Shown here in pieces: positions 1 through 8,333 of a DNA stretch of 40,506 bases. Source of the stretch: Saprospiraceae bacterium (GTDB taxonomy: Bacteria > Bacteroidota > Bacteroidia > Chitinophagales > Saprospiraceae); NCBI GenBank assembly GCA_036782555.1, contig DAIPYV010000001.1, positions 1-40,506 on the forward strand, read 5' to 3'. A program made the position numbers and the translations under genes. The stretch's first letter is position 1. Each line of letters starts with the position of its first letter. A model generated the notes under the pieces. It saw only the letters and a program-made list of their open reading frames with translations, had not been told where the DNA came from and made no database searches.

Positions 1-105
1 CAAACCCTCACAACTCTTGATCTACCTAAGCTCACTAGTGTAGGGAATGGGTTTTTGTATAGGAACCAAAACTTCGAAGAATTAAAAGAAAAATATAACA
101 TTTAA
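1..105 (+). CDS. Leucine-rich-repeat (BspA/TpLRR-like) protein, C-terminal fragment; 5' end outside window
   Basis: Frame 1 open from base 1: QTLTTLDLPKLTSVGNGFLYRNQNFEELKEKYNI*. Same 22-aa LRR unit and NFEELK tail as ORF 105..443. Its TAA overlaps the next ATG (TAATG). Confidence 0.6.
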   Translation, partial: QTLTTLDLPKLTSVGNGFLYRNQNFEELKEKYNI

Positions 106-443
106 TGATCATCAAACTACAAAACAAACAAATAGTGACACTAAGTGACAATCAGCTCACTAGTGTAGGGGAAGGATTTTTGTATAACAACGAAACCCTA
201 AAATCGTTTCAGGCTCCACTGCTCACTGATGTAGGGGATTGGTTTTTGTATAGCAACGAAACCCTAGAATCGTTTCAGGCTCCACTGCTCACTGATGTAG
301 GAGATTTGTTTTTGTATAACAACTTAGATCTAACAACTCTTGATATACCTAAGCTCACTAATGTAGGGGAGGGGTTTTTGTATAGCAACGAAAACTTCGA
401 AGAATTAAAAAAGAAATATATTAAATTCTTTGACAAGTTATAA
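105..443 (+). CDS. Leucine-rich-repeat protein, four 22-aa BspA/TpLRR-like units
   Basis: ORF track, 112 aa. Unit LT[SDN]VG[EDN]xFLY[NS]N..L..[FL]..P[LK] recurs every 66 nt. Confidence 0.7.
   Translation: MIIKLQNKQIVTLSDNQLTSVGEGFLYNNETLKSFQAPLLTDVGDWFLYSNETLESFQAPLLTDVGDLFLYNNLDLTTLDIPKLTNVGEGFLYSNENFEELKKKYIKFFDKL
156..419 (+). repeat. Four tandem 66-nt (22-aa) LRR coding units
   Basis: Units 2 and 3 are near-identical at DNA level (gtaggggattggtttttgtatagcaacgaaaccct.gaatcgtttcaggctccactgctcactgat). Confidence 0.8.
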
Positions 444-458
444 AATATATATTATATT
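430..458 (+). promoter_or_regulatory. Sigma70-type promoter, cassette type 1 (TTGACA-N17-TATATT)
   Basis: ttcttTGACAagttataaaatatatatTATATT. The -35 overlaps the last codons of the LRR gene. Shares TTGACAAGTTATAAAATATA with copies at 35169 and 39413. Confidence 0.55.
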
Positions 459-517
459 ACTTTTAATGACTATAAAAGATAAAATTATTCACATACTATT
501 TTTTGTTTTTGTAATTT

Positions 518-712
518 ATGCTATTTACTGGTATCAATTTGTTTATGTTTTTTAAATCCAAACTTTTAAGCAACGTCATTTATTTTATTCTGCTTGCATT
601 GTTATTTGGCTTTTGGTTTAACAATCAGACAATTGCAAAGCAACAAGAATACAGACAGACAACTTCAGATTTTTTTGTTTGGATGTCTAAACAGGTAAAT
701 CCAACTATATGA
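518..712 (+). CDS. Small membrane protein (64 aa)
   Basis: ORF track; hydrophobic stretches INLFMFF and VIYFILLALLFGFWF. A competing 29-aa hydrophobic ORF (466..555) starts 1 nt after the +1 predicted from promoter 430-458. Which one is expressed is unresolved. Confidence 0.4.
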   Translation: MLFTGINLFMFFKSKLLSNVIYFILLALLFGFWFNNQTIAKQQEYRQTTSDFFVWMSKQVNPTI

Positions 713-734
713 TATTTGTTATATATAATTCTAC

Positions 735-759
735 AAAAAAAGTCTTTCGATTAGACTTT
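735..759 (-). terminator. Hairpin plus T-run in minus orientation (possible end of leftward transcription, or bidirectional)
   Basis: AAAGTCT(739-745)/AGACTTT(753-759), 7-nt loop, preceded on the + strand by an A7 run, so it reads as hairpin+T7 on the - strand. Only TTT+GG follows on the + strand. Confidence 0.4.
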
Positions 760-812
760 GGCAACCTCAATATTGCTCACCCTTATAGGTGGCAAAACAT
801 CAAACTTTTTAA

Positions 813-827
813 ATGGACACTGTCCAT
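813..827. promoter_or_regulatory. 15-bp perfect palindrome ATGGACA-C-TGTCCAT, operator-like
   Basis: Read directly; lies 28 nt upstream of ATG 855. No binding protein can be assigned. Confidence 0.3.
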
Positions 828-854
828 AACCTTTGGTAAAGAAACTCATAAAAT

Positions 855-1067
855 ATGACTGCATTAGATCGATTACGACAACAAGTACAAAGAGAATACC
901 AAGCTGAAATAAATCAGCCACCTAAAGTTAAGGTTAGAATATCTAAACCTGTAGTTGTTAAATACAGAAACTTAAATGAGCTGTTTCCCAAGAGCAAAGA
1001 CAGTGCTAATATTTGCTATCATATAATCCGCAAATCACTATGTCAACAACTAAAAACAATCTCTTAA
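855..1067 (+). CDS. Hypothetical protein (70 aa)
   Basis: ORF track only; overlaps the start of the next gene. Confidence 0.4.
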   Translation: MTALDRLRQQVQREYQAEINQPPKVKVRISKPVVVKYRNLNELFPKSKDSANICYHIIRKSLCQQLKTIS

Positions 1068-1447
1068 AACCTTTTGTTAAAAGTAATAATATTAGTTATG
1101 GATTACCTAAAAGCAAAGGCAAAACCGAAAAGCAAGTGCAAGAAGAATGTATATTTTACTTAGAGATGTTAGAGAGACAAGGAATATGTTATGTAGTTAG
1201 AACTCAATCTGGAGCGGTCAAACTAGCTACAGGCAGATTCATGAAAACAGGACGCAAAGGTTGCCCTGATGTCTTATTGTGCCTTAAAGGTAAATTTATA
1301 GGTATAGAATTTAAAAGAGAAAAAGGAGGTAGGCAATCTGATGAGCAAAAAAAAACCTGTGAGATTATAATTGAGGCAGGAGGCATATATTTGTTAGTCA
1401 GCTCACTTCTAGAACTCCAGCAAGACATTAAAGCGATGTTAAATTAA
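1040..1447 (+). CDS. VRR-NUC domain nuclease (PD-(D/E)xK superfamily)
   Basis: GCPDVLLCL..GKFIGIEFKREKG..QSDEQK matches the G.PD ... E.K ... Q core of VRR-NUC. The ORF opens at 1013, but ATG 1040 (MSTTKNN) minimises overlap with 855..1067. Confidence 0.7.
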   Translation: MSTTKNNLLKPFVKSNNISYGLPKSKGKTEKQVQEECIFYLEMLERQGICYVVRTQSGAVKLATGRFMKTGRKGCPDVLLCLKGKFIGIEFKREKGGRQSDEQKKTCEIIIEAGGIYLLVSSLLELQQDIKAMLN

Positions 1448-1487
1448 GTTTGCTAAATATATAACTATCACTTATAGTATAGTTACT

Positions 1488-1730
1488 ATGTCAACAAACC
1501 TTAAAAAAACACCTAAAAGAACTCAGTTAATCATGACGATTACTGATAAGAACAAAGCTGTAGTAGAAGAAGCTAAGCGTAGATTTCCTATGCTTAAAGA
1601 TAATCAACTTGTTAAAGTTGCTTTAGTAGCTCTACTTAAAACTAACATTACAAGCCCAGAAATAAGAGACTTAGCTGAGAGCAAGGAAAAAATCAAAATA
1701 CTTAAGTTAAAACAACCTATTGAGGTTTAA
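1488..1730 (+). CDS. Ribbon-helix-helix (CopG/Arc-like) DNA-binding protein, putative
   Basis: 80 aa. Basic N-terminus, then strand LIMTIT, helix KAVVEEAKRRF and helix NQLVKVALVALL. Fold call by eye only. Confidence 0.4.
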   Translation: MSTNLKKTPKRTQLIMTITDKNKAVVEEAKRRFPMLKDNQLVKVALVALLKTNITSPEIRDLAESKEKIKILKLKQPIEV

Positions 1731-1765
1731 AATTTTTACACTAGGGGTTTTCTTTTACGTATTAC

Positions 1766-1797
1766 TTGACAAAATAATAATATTATAGTTGTATTAA
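1766..1797 (+). promoter_or_regulatory. TTGACAAAAT-class promoter candidate upstream of the KilA-N gene
   Basis: TTGACA at 1766-1771, but the -10 is ambiguous (TATAGT at N12, TATTAA at N20). The -35 context is shared with 33527 and 34064. Confidence 0.3.
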
Positions 1798-1883
1798 TCT
1801 GTAGTGGATTAAACAGAGGGTAGGTATCCCTAAAGCAGTAGCCTACTTTCTGTCTAGTCCATTAAGGGATTAGTACTGCTTAT

Positions 1884-2597
1884 ATGAATACTGCTTTATT
1901 CAACCAAACTGTGTCCACAGATCAATCTGATAAATTTGACATTTCAGCGTTAGAAGTTGATGGAGATCTAGTCAACTTAACAAAATTAGCTAAGTTAGCA
2001 AATAAAAGATTAGATGTCTGGTTAAAATCTAATCGTACTCAAAGATTTTTAGAGGCATTTATGAAGGTTACACCAAACGGTGGAATCCAAATTAAATTAG
2101 GTAGAGATAAAGAACAGGGAACTTTCGCTCATCGCAAAATTGCTTTGAAGTTTGCCGAATGGGTTAGTGTTGATTTTGAAATTTGGGTGAACCAACAAAT
2201 CGACACTTTATTACAAACTGGTAAAGTAAATTTACAACCTATAGCTCCACAAGATTACCCTTCAGCTCTAAGAGCATTGGCAACTCAATATGAGGTAAAC
2301 CAAATGATGGAAAAACAACTCGAACACAAACAAGCTGTAATAGTCGATCTAGCTGAGAATGTACCAGCTAAGAAAATGAGAACAGTAATAAATGAAGTCG
2401 TTAGAGCTTATGCTCATGGCGAAGGGGTTCTCTATAATTATGTTTGGAACAGGCTTTATAAAGAATTTAAATCAATTTATCATATTGACTTAAACACACG
2501 AGCTAAACATCGAGACCAGAGTAAAATTGATATAGCCGAAGATATTGGACAACTCGAAAATCTATATTTATTAGCTCTTAAAATGTTTGAATTATAA
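1884..2597 (+). CDS. KilA-N domain protein with antirepressor-like C-terminal half
   Basis: GTFAHRKIALKFAEWVSVDFEIWVNQQI is the conserved KilA-N core pattern. Confidence 0.7.
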   Translation: MNTALFNQTVSTDQSDKFDISALEVDGDLVNLTKLAKLANKRLDVWLKSNRTQRFLEAFMKVTPNGGIQIKLGRDKEQGTFAHRKIALKFAEWVSVDFEIWVNQQIDTLLQTGKVNLQPIAPQDYPSALRALATQYEVNQMMEKQLEHKQAVIVDLAENVPAKKMRTVINEVVRAYAHGEGVLYNYVWNRLYKEFKSIYHIDLNTRAKHRDQSKIDIAEDIGQLENLYLLALKMFEL

Positions 2598-2607
2598 TTA
2601 CAATAAA

Positions 2608-2928
2608 CTAGTTATTCCTAACCTTCTTATATTCATACCAAACTACCACCCCTTTATTGAGGGTGTTGTTGAATTCTAACAAACAGATGAACACAACTAA
2701 GGACGTCATTAGTAACAGCACCGATACGTAGACACTCTTGATTTTAGTATTTTCGACAAAAAAACCAAAAAATGACACACCATTGAAAACTTTGTTCCTG
2801 TGGCGTGTATTTTTAGAGACTTTTTCATAATTTCTGATATGATACATTATGAAATACCCAAACTCGTAAAAAAGAGCCTTTATGTGGCTCTTCTTAGATT
2901 TTGGCTTTCTCGGCTTGTAAATATACAC
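2608..2928 (-). CDS. Membrane protein, last gene of the leftward block (lysis-associated?)
   Basis: 106 aa, basic N-terminus, hydrophobic GVSFFGFFV and VYVSVLLLMTSLVVFICLL. Confidence 0.4.
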   Translation of the reverse strand: MYIYKPRKPKSKKSHIKALFYEFGYFIMYHIRNYEKVSKNTRHRNKVFNGVSFFGFFVENTKIKSVYVSVLLLMTSLVVFICLLEFNNTLNKGVVVWYEYKKVRNN

Positions 2929-2929
2929 A

Positions 2930-3136
2930 TCAAAGATTGATTTTACGGTTTTTGCGAATTTCTTCTAACAAGACATCTAATTTTTCACTCTGACGATTAT
3001 TAGAGTCTAAAATTGTCTGTCTGTATTTTTTTAGTCTAGCTCTATTGACTAATAGATTATACAACAAATAAAAAGATGACAGCATACTAAACCAAGGGTT
3101 AATATACTCCCAAAGAGTATAAATACTCTGAATCAT
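2930..3136 (-). CDS. Small single-pass membrane protein, holin candidate
   Basis: 68 aa. INPWFSMLSSFYLLYNLLV followed by a highly charged C-terminus. Sits 4 nt downstream of the endolysin gene. Confidence 0.35.
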   Translation of the reverse strand: MIQSIYTLWEYINPWFSMLSSFYLLYNLLVNRARLKKYRQTILDSNNRQSEKLDVLLEEIRKNRKINL

Positions 3137-3139
3137 AGA

Positions 3140-4537
3140 CTATTTCTTTCTTAATATTCGAGAAAAGAAGTTGCCATTTTTAGGGTTTTTAAGAATCGGT
3201 TTGATTGGTCTGCGATTATTAATATCAGCGATCATTGCAAATAACTTGTTGCTCATATCTGGTAATAGATTTTTAATATCAGTTTCCGATTGCTTAGTAA
3301 TTGCAACATAAGTTCTTTGCATAACAAAAATCAAATAAGTTAAAATTAAAGAAGCGGAATATAAAACAAAAGAAATTAAGTTTTGAGTAGCACTAGGGTC
3401 TAGCTCTAAACCTACCATGTTGCCCACAGATATAACCATTGTACCTATTATACTAGCATAATCTCCTACTTGATACAATATTGCTTGGATAGACGCAGCC
3501 ATTGCTAACATACCAGTCCAAGTCATAGTCCAAGTCTTAGACTGCAAAGGGGTTTTAGTTTTAGGTAGCTCTAAATGTGGGTTAGCTATTACTATTGGAT
3601 TGTCTAAAATATCAGCATTGCGGATTCCATTTAGAGCATCTTCTATCATGACTTGAACTTCCTCAGGAGTTTTATAGCCTTTTTCTTCAGCTATTTTTTT
3701 GATTTCTTCTTCAGTTGGAAGAATTTTAACAGAGATTTGATTAGCTAATTGAGTTTCTAATTCAGCTATTCTATTTTCTGAATTTCGATGGTCTTGCATA
3801 GCTTGTTCACCAGACCAAATAATTAAGTGGTCTGCGTCATCACCATACACCGCAGCTGATAATTGATCTTTTCGGGGTTGGTCAAATATTGTAGATGACT
3901 GTATTTTTTTAATTAATTTTTCTTTATCCATATTATTTTGACTGTTATTTACAATAGTTTGGGAGCTTAATTGACGATTATTTAAAATTTGATTGACTTT
4001 TTCAACGATAAATTCAACACCTAAAGAGCCGCTACACTCTGTGCCTGTATTAACTATGTTACGATGTCTAACTGCAATACCTACGCGTTGACCTTTGTAT
4101 TGATTAATTAAGTTTGTAGGGTCTTGATTCCTCTGATCGTAACTATAAGGTAATATTAACCTATCCCATCCTTGCTTACGACATAAATCAACGCAAAGTT
4201 CAATAGAATTAGCTACACACTGATCAGACGGAATACGTCTTGTACCGTTTGATAAAAATTCACCGCCTGAATGTTCTATACCTATAAAATAGCCATTTTC
4301 CCAAAAAGGGTCGCTGTCTCCAGCATGATAAGCTACTTTATTTACAGCTACGTATTGATGTACTTGACCTGGCAGATCACCAACTCCAAAGTGGGCTGAA
4401 GCCTTTCTGTTAGGGTCATTAAAAGTTGAATCTGCAGAATACAAATTGCCTACAATCCAATGAAAACAGATACCAGCTTTATAAGAGTCTTTAATCGACC
4501 AATTGCTTGGTGAAATGGTTTTTTGTATAATTTTCAT
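3140..4537 (-). CDS. N-acetylmuramoyl-L-alanine amidase (Amidase_2/PGRP-type) endolysin with a C-terminal three-helix membrane region
   Basis: The N-terminal ~185 aa carry CFHWIVG, AHFGVG, AYHAG and GIEHSG motifs of T7-lysozyme/PGRP amidases. Residues ~333-406 form three hydrophobic helices. Confidence 0.85.
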   Translation of the reverse strand: MKIIQKTISPSNWSIKDSYKAGICFHWIVGNLYSADSTFNDPNRKASAHFGVGDLPGQVHQYVAVNKVAYHAGDSDPFWENGYFIGIEHSGGEFLSNGTRRIPSDQCVANSIELCVDLCRKQGWDRLILPYSYDQRNQDPTNLINQYKGQRVGIAVRHRNIVNTGTECSGSLGVEFIVEKVNQILNNRQLSSQTIVNNSQNNMDKEKLIKKIQSSTIFDQPRKDQLSAAVYGDDADHLIIWSGEQAMQDHRNSENRIAELETQLANQISVKILPTEEEIKKIAEEKGYKTPEEVQVMIEDALNGIRNADILDNPIVIANPHLELPKTKTPLQSKTWTMTWTGMLAMAASIQAILYQVGDYASIIGTMVISVGNMVGLELDPSATQNLISFVLYSASLILTYLIFVMQRTYVAITKQSETDIKNLLPDMSNKLFAMIADINNRRPIKPILKNPKNGNFFSRILRKK

Positions 4538-4558
4538 AGTCTGTTAATTTAAAAATAG

Positions 4559-4789
4559 TTATTTAATTTGATCAGTTGGAATGTCTCTAGTAAATTCATC
4601 AATAATTTTATTCATGCTAGAATCATTTTCATCTTGCATTCCAAAAGTTAGAGTGTGTTCATTGATTACGACTGTCACGTCAAAACCTTCGTTAGAGGGT
4701 GATGTAGTTATTTCAGTCTTAGTGTAGTTTTTCTCTTCTAAATAAGAGTTTACTGTTTTGATGATGTTTGCATTGTTAGATTTTGACAT
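4559..4789 (-). CDS. Hypothetical acidic protein (76 aa)
   Basis: ORF track; tightly packed between the fibre and endolysin genes. Confidence 0.5.
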   Translation of the reverse strand: MSKSNNANIIKTVNSYLEEKNYTKTEITTSPSNEGFDVTVVINEHTLTFGMQDENDSSMNKIIDEFTRDIPTDQIK

Positions 4790-4803
4790 ATAGATTAAAT
4801 AAA

Positions 4804-5085
4804 TTAGTTGTTTTTAAGATTGTTGTTAATAAATTGAATAAGTTGGGGTTCTATATCTTTGTAGTTTTCTTCAGTTATATCAGATGTAAATGCGCCGTAA
4901 GCATGAAGTATTACTAGATGATAGACCATAGGTGAGATATTATTTTTTATCATTAAATAATCTGGCTCGATGGTAATATTTATTTTCCACCCGTTTTCAT
5001 CTGGTGTAATATCAATACCAGCGTCAACAAATATTTGTGAGATAAACGCGGTGATTTCGTTGTACATTTCTAAGTTTTGTTGCAT
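4804..5085 (-). CDS. Hypothetical acidic protein (93 aa)
   Basis: ORF track; directly downstream of the long fibre gene (fibre chaperone is possible but unsupported). Confidence 0.5.
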   Translation of the reverse strand: MQQNLEMYNEITAFISQIFVDAGIDITPDENGWKINITIEPDYLMIKNNISPMVYHLVILHAYGAFTSDITEENYKDIEPQLIQFINNNLKNN

Positions 5086-5091
5086 AAAAGT

Positions 5092-8000
5092 TTAATAAAT
5101 TTCTTGAATTAATCCAGCTCTAGTAACAATATTATCACTAGCTGAGGCATTAGTCCACTGTGCTGTAAAACCGTAAGTATTATTTACTGTAGTATTAATC
5201 GTACTTGAGCCGCTACCATTCATAGCAATACGTTTGATTTGACCAGTGGAATTTTCGCAAAAATCAGCCCAACCGTTTAATTGTAAAAATCCTGATGTAC
5301 CTGCAGCTCTTAAAGTTAGCAATCCATAAAAATTCCATTGTGAATTGGCCTGACTTAAAGGTAAAGAATTAAATCCAGCATTAGCACCTGACATAACCAT
5401 TGCTACTCCATTAATTGTAAATCTAAGATAGATTATATTAGCTGAAGCTCCTGTATTATAATGTCCGTTTAATTTTATTTCTACAGCTTTTCCACCTATA
5501 AAATATCCAGCTGGAAAAATATTACTACCTATACTCATTAATGAAGTTTCAGTAGTAGTATTAGTAACTGTATAGGTAGTGTTCATTGAACCTATACCTG
5601 TAGAAATTTGTTTTTTCAGGCCTGATCTTATGAATACCAAAGCATTTTTACCACCATCAATAAACACTTCTCCATTTGTACCAGCTAAAGCTCTATCTTC
5701 AAATTTAATAGCTCTTTGTATGACTAGATTAGAGTTAGAGTCTATAGTCTGGTTAGCAGTCCAAGTATTAGCATTTGATAAAGCTACTGCACCCGAATTG
5801 CTTGTAAGCATAATAGGTGTAGGATTCTGTCCACATTCCAATTTTACAAAAGTCATGTAGAATGTGCCAGGTACAGAGGTTCCGCATTGGAAGGCTCCGT
5901 TCATAACGTTACCCCCTGAACCGTCGGCTGCACCTGCCTCATACCATTGATAGCCGCTATAAGCTTCTTGTGGTGGCCAAGCATTACCAAATGAACTGTT
6001 TGAGTCCTTTTCAACACCTAAATGAAATTCACCGTTAGTTATACCATCGTCAGGAATAAACTTAATATAGGCTTTATGGTGAAAGTATTTATTACTTGCA
6101 TGAGTTCCAGGTAAACGATACCATACCCGAAAACTTGAAGGATTGTTAGTTTTTGTGTTGTGTCTAATTTTTAGAACTGATGTAATAACATCATACTCTG
6201 GTATCATGTGAAGTGCCCCAGTTTCTAGTGATATAGTACCTGGATTTGAACCTTTTACGCCCCACTTAGTGATATCTTTTGTTAAAGGGTCAGGACATAA
6301 ATTTTCTCTAATAACTTGTAGTCTTGATTCTTTAGTTTCAGCCTCACCTCTAAAATTAATATATCTAAGAATTTTAGCACCCTTAATTTTCTGTTCTAAA
6401 GAGTTCCACGCCCAATCTCTATAACCTGCCCAGTCTGTGTCAGTATCAGAACCTTTATTTTCCCAAAAAGGCGACCAATATTTAAGATGTCTTACATTGT
6501 TTTTAATCCAGAGCAACTGTCTAATATTCCAATTAGCTTTTGAGTATTCTGGACCTCTAACCCTAACAGTAACGTTTAAACCTGTACCACCAGAAAAACT
6601 ACTAGCAATTGTAACTACTGTATTTTCTGAACCTGGGTCATTAGCGTACATGTTAGTTATTACACCGCTTGCATTAGTCCTATATCTTATAGTAGGTTTT
6701 ACACCGTCAGATGTAATAGCAGAGGCAGGAATTAAAGTAGCATTTTGATTTGCTGGAAAACCTGTACCTCCATTAGTAATCGTAAATGAATTACTGAAAG
6801 TATCAGTTACTCTACCACCTGAGACAGTAGCAGTTTCTCCAATACCAATTGGTTTACCTCCTGCAACTTCTTTTATCTGATCAAATACATTTTTACAAAA
6901 TACTTCAAAGTCTCTCCATGTTCCGTCACCTGAAGCAATAAAGTATCTATTATATGGATTAAAGAATACTATGTCATAATCTTCTTTATTTACACAAAAA
7001 GCCTTAACAGGCATATAAGTGTACAAAGTGTTGTTTGCACAAGCTAACTCCATGACCATTTTAATCCAGGGTTTACCTACAGTTTGAGAACCAGTTGGCA
7101 TACCTTTATTATCCAATCTAGTGTTATTTCTAAACAAATCTGCAATCTTTTTAAACACTTGTTTAGAAACTTCTATAGACTCTAAAATACCACCTGCATT
7201 TGCTACATTAACAGGGTTACAGGCTGCGTGTATATAACCTGAGGTTAAATTAGTTTCGTGCAGAATTTTAATTAGAATTTCCCCTTTGAATTGTGGTCTT
7301 GTGGCTTTATATGCCATTAACCATTGGCAAAAATCAATTATTCCTTGGTCCATGCTACCTGCTAAGACACCATTAAAATAATCTGTAAGACCCCAGTTGA
7401 TGATTGTACATCTTCCAACCTTTTCGTCGCTCATTAAGTCAATCAAACCCTGCTTATCAGAATTGGATACATTCTTATTTGGCAGCATATTAAAAAACTT
7501 TTTACCGCCATGAAAATCAACGTCTAATTCTTGCGATATAAATTTTATACTATTTAGATTAGCTGAACCATTATTTTTACCATAGCCACCAAAGTGGGGT
7601 ACTAATCTTATATAGTCGTCTCTTACATCTATTTGCTCATTTAAATATTCTCTTTCTATAGCATTAAAAACATCATGTGTAACTATAGTTGCGGTATTCG
7701 TAGTAATTACATTACCTAAAGTATCATTAACACTTGTTATAGCACTACTAATAGCAGTTTGCACAGGTACAGATACAGGTTTTTCAGAGTCTCTTGTATT
7801 GTCTACATCGTCCAAGCCTACAGTTGTTTTATCAATATTTACAAACTGTTGATTACCATTTAAAAACTGATTTTCATCACCTAAAGGTAAAGAAGCTCCT
7901 TGAGGTATAAATGACAGAGATGTAACATCTAAAGTTATTGGGTTGGGTGTAGTTAACAACCACCGTGAACCAGCTTTATCACCTTCATAGATTATAACCT

Positions 8001-8331
8001 CATCAGCATTTTTTAAGGCTTCGTCTGGTCTAGTCCAAGTGCCAGCAGAGACAATATAAATACCGTTTTGGGTAGCAATAGTTTGAGCCGTAAGCAAGAC
8101 TCTATCATTAGGTAATAGAGTTACACCTTGAATTACTTGCAGACCTGCAAGAACAATATCAGTAACAGCCACTGTTCTAGCTGTTTTGGCTTGTAGACCT
8201 GAAGTTATTTGCTCAATAGTTGCTATTTTAGTTTGAAAGGCTGCATTAGTTTCTTGACTATCTACAATGATAATTTGATCTTGCTTATTTACTGATAAGG
8301 CTTGAGGTAATTGGGTTATAAGAGTATCCAT
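5092..8331 (-). CDS. Long tail fibre / receptor-binding protein with central glycoside-hydrolase-like domain
   Basis: 1079 aa at the end of the tail module. Fibre-type N-terminus (GIYIVSAGTWTRPDE). Central region has ILHETN (E359) and PIGIGETA (E499), resembling the clan GH-A acid/base and nucleophile strands. C-terminal tip is paralogous to ORF 8708..9703. Confidence 0.7.
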   Translation of the reverse strand: MDTLITQLPQALSVNKQDQIIIVDSQETNAAFQTKIATIEQITSGLQAKTARTVAVTDIVLAGLQVIQGVTLLPNDRVLLTAQTIATQNGIYIVSAGTWTRPDEALKNADEVIIYEGDKAGSRWLLTTPNPITLDVTSLSFIPQGASLPLGDENQFLNGNQQFVNIDKTTVGLDDVDNTRDSEKPVSVPVQTAISSAITSVNDTLGNVITTNTATIVTHDVFNAIEREYLNEQIDVRDDYIRLVPHFGGYGKNNGSANLNSIKFISQELDVDFHGGKKFFNMLPNKNVSNSDKQGLIDLMSDEKVGRCTIINWGLTDYFNGVLAGSMDQGIIDFCQWLMAYKATRPQFKGEILIKILHETNLTSGYIHAACNPVNVANAGGILESIEVSKQVFKKIADLFRNNTRLDNKGMPTGSQTVGKPWIKMVMELACANNTLYTYMPVKAFCVNKEDYDIVFFNPYNRYFIASGDGTWRDFEVFCKNVFDQIKEVAGGKPIGIGETATVSGGRVTDTFSNSFTITNGGTGFPANQNATLIPASAITSDGVKPTIRYRTNASGVITNMYANDPGSENTVVTIASSFSGGTGLNVTVRVRGPEYSKANWNIRQLLWIKNNVRHLKYWSPFWENKGSDTDTDWAGYRDWAWNSLEQKIKGAKILRYINFRGEAETKESRLQVIRENLCPDPLTKDITKWGVKGSNPGTISLETGALHMIPEYDVITSVLKIRHNTKTNNPSSFRVWYRLPGTHASNKYFHHKAYIKFIPDDGITNGEFHLGVEKDSNSSFGNAWPPQEAYSGYQWYEAGAADGSGGNVMNGAFQCGTSVPGTFYMTFVKLECGQNPTPIMLTSNSGAVALSNANTWTANQTIDSNSNLVIQRAIKFEDRALAGTNGEVFIDGGKNALVFIRSGLKKQISTGIGSMNTTYTVTNTTTETSLMSIGSNIFPAGYFIGGKAVEIKLNGHYNTGASANIIYLRFTINGVAMVMSGANAGFNSLPLSQANSQWNFYGLLTLRAAGTSGFLQLNGWADFCENSTGQIKRIAMNGSGSSTINTTVNNTYGFTAQWTNASASDNIVTRAGLIQEIY

Positions 8332-8333
8332 AG

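Noticed and set aside
4663-4685. TGATTACGACTGTCACGTCAAAA, a partial resemblance to the late motif (complement TGATATTACTTGTCACGTCTAAA)
   Set aside because: It needs a 2-nt gap and several mismatches, lies in the middle of ORF 4559..4789, and is not followed by a start codon.
6242-6252. GGTTCAAATCC (minus strand), identical to a tRNA T-loop consensus
   Set aside because: It lies inside the tail-fibre coding frame (..GSNPG..). No acceptor, D or anticodon arms can be drawn around it. I found no convincing tRNA anywhere in the window by eye.
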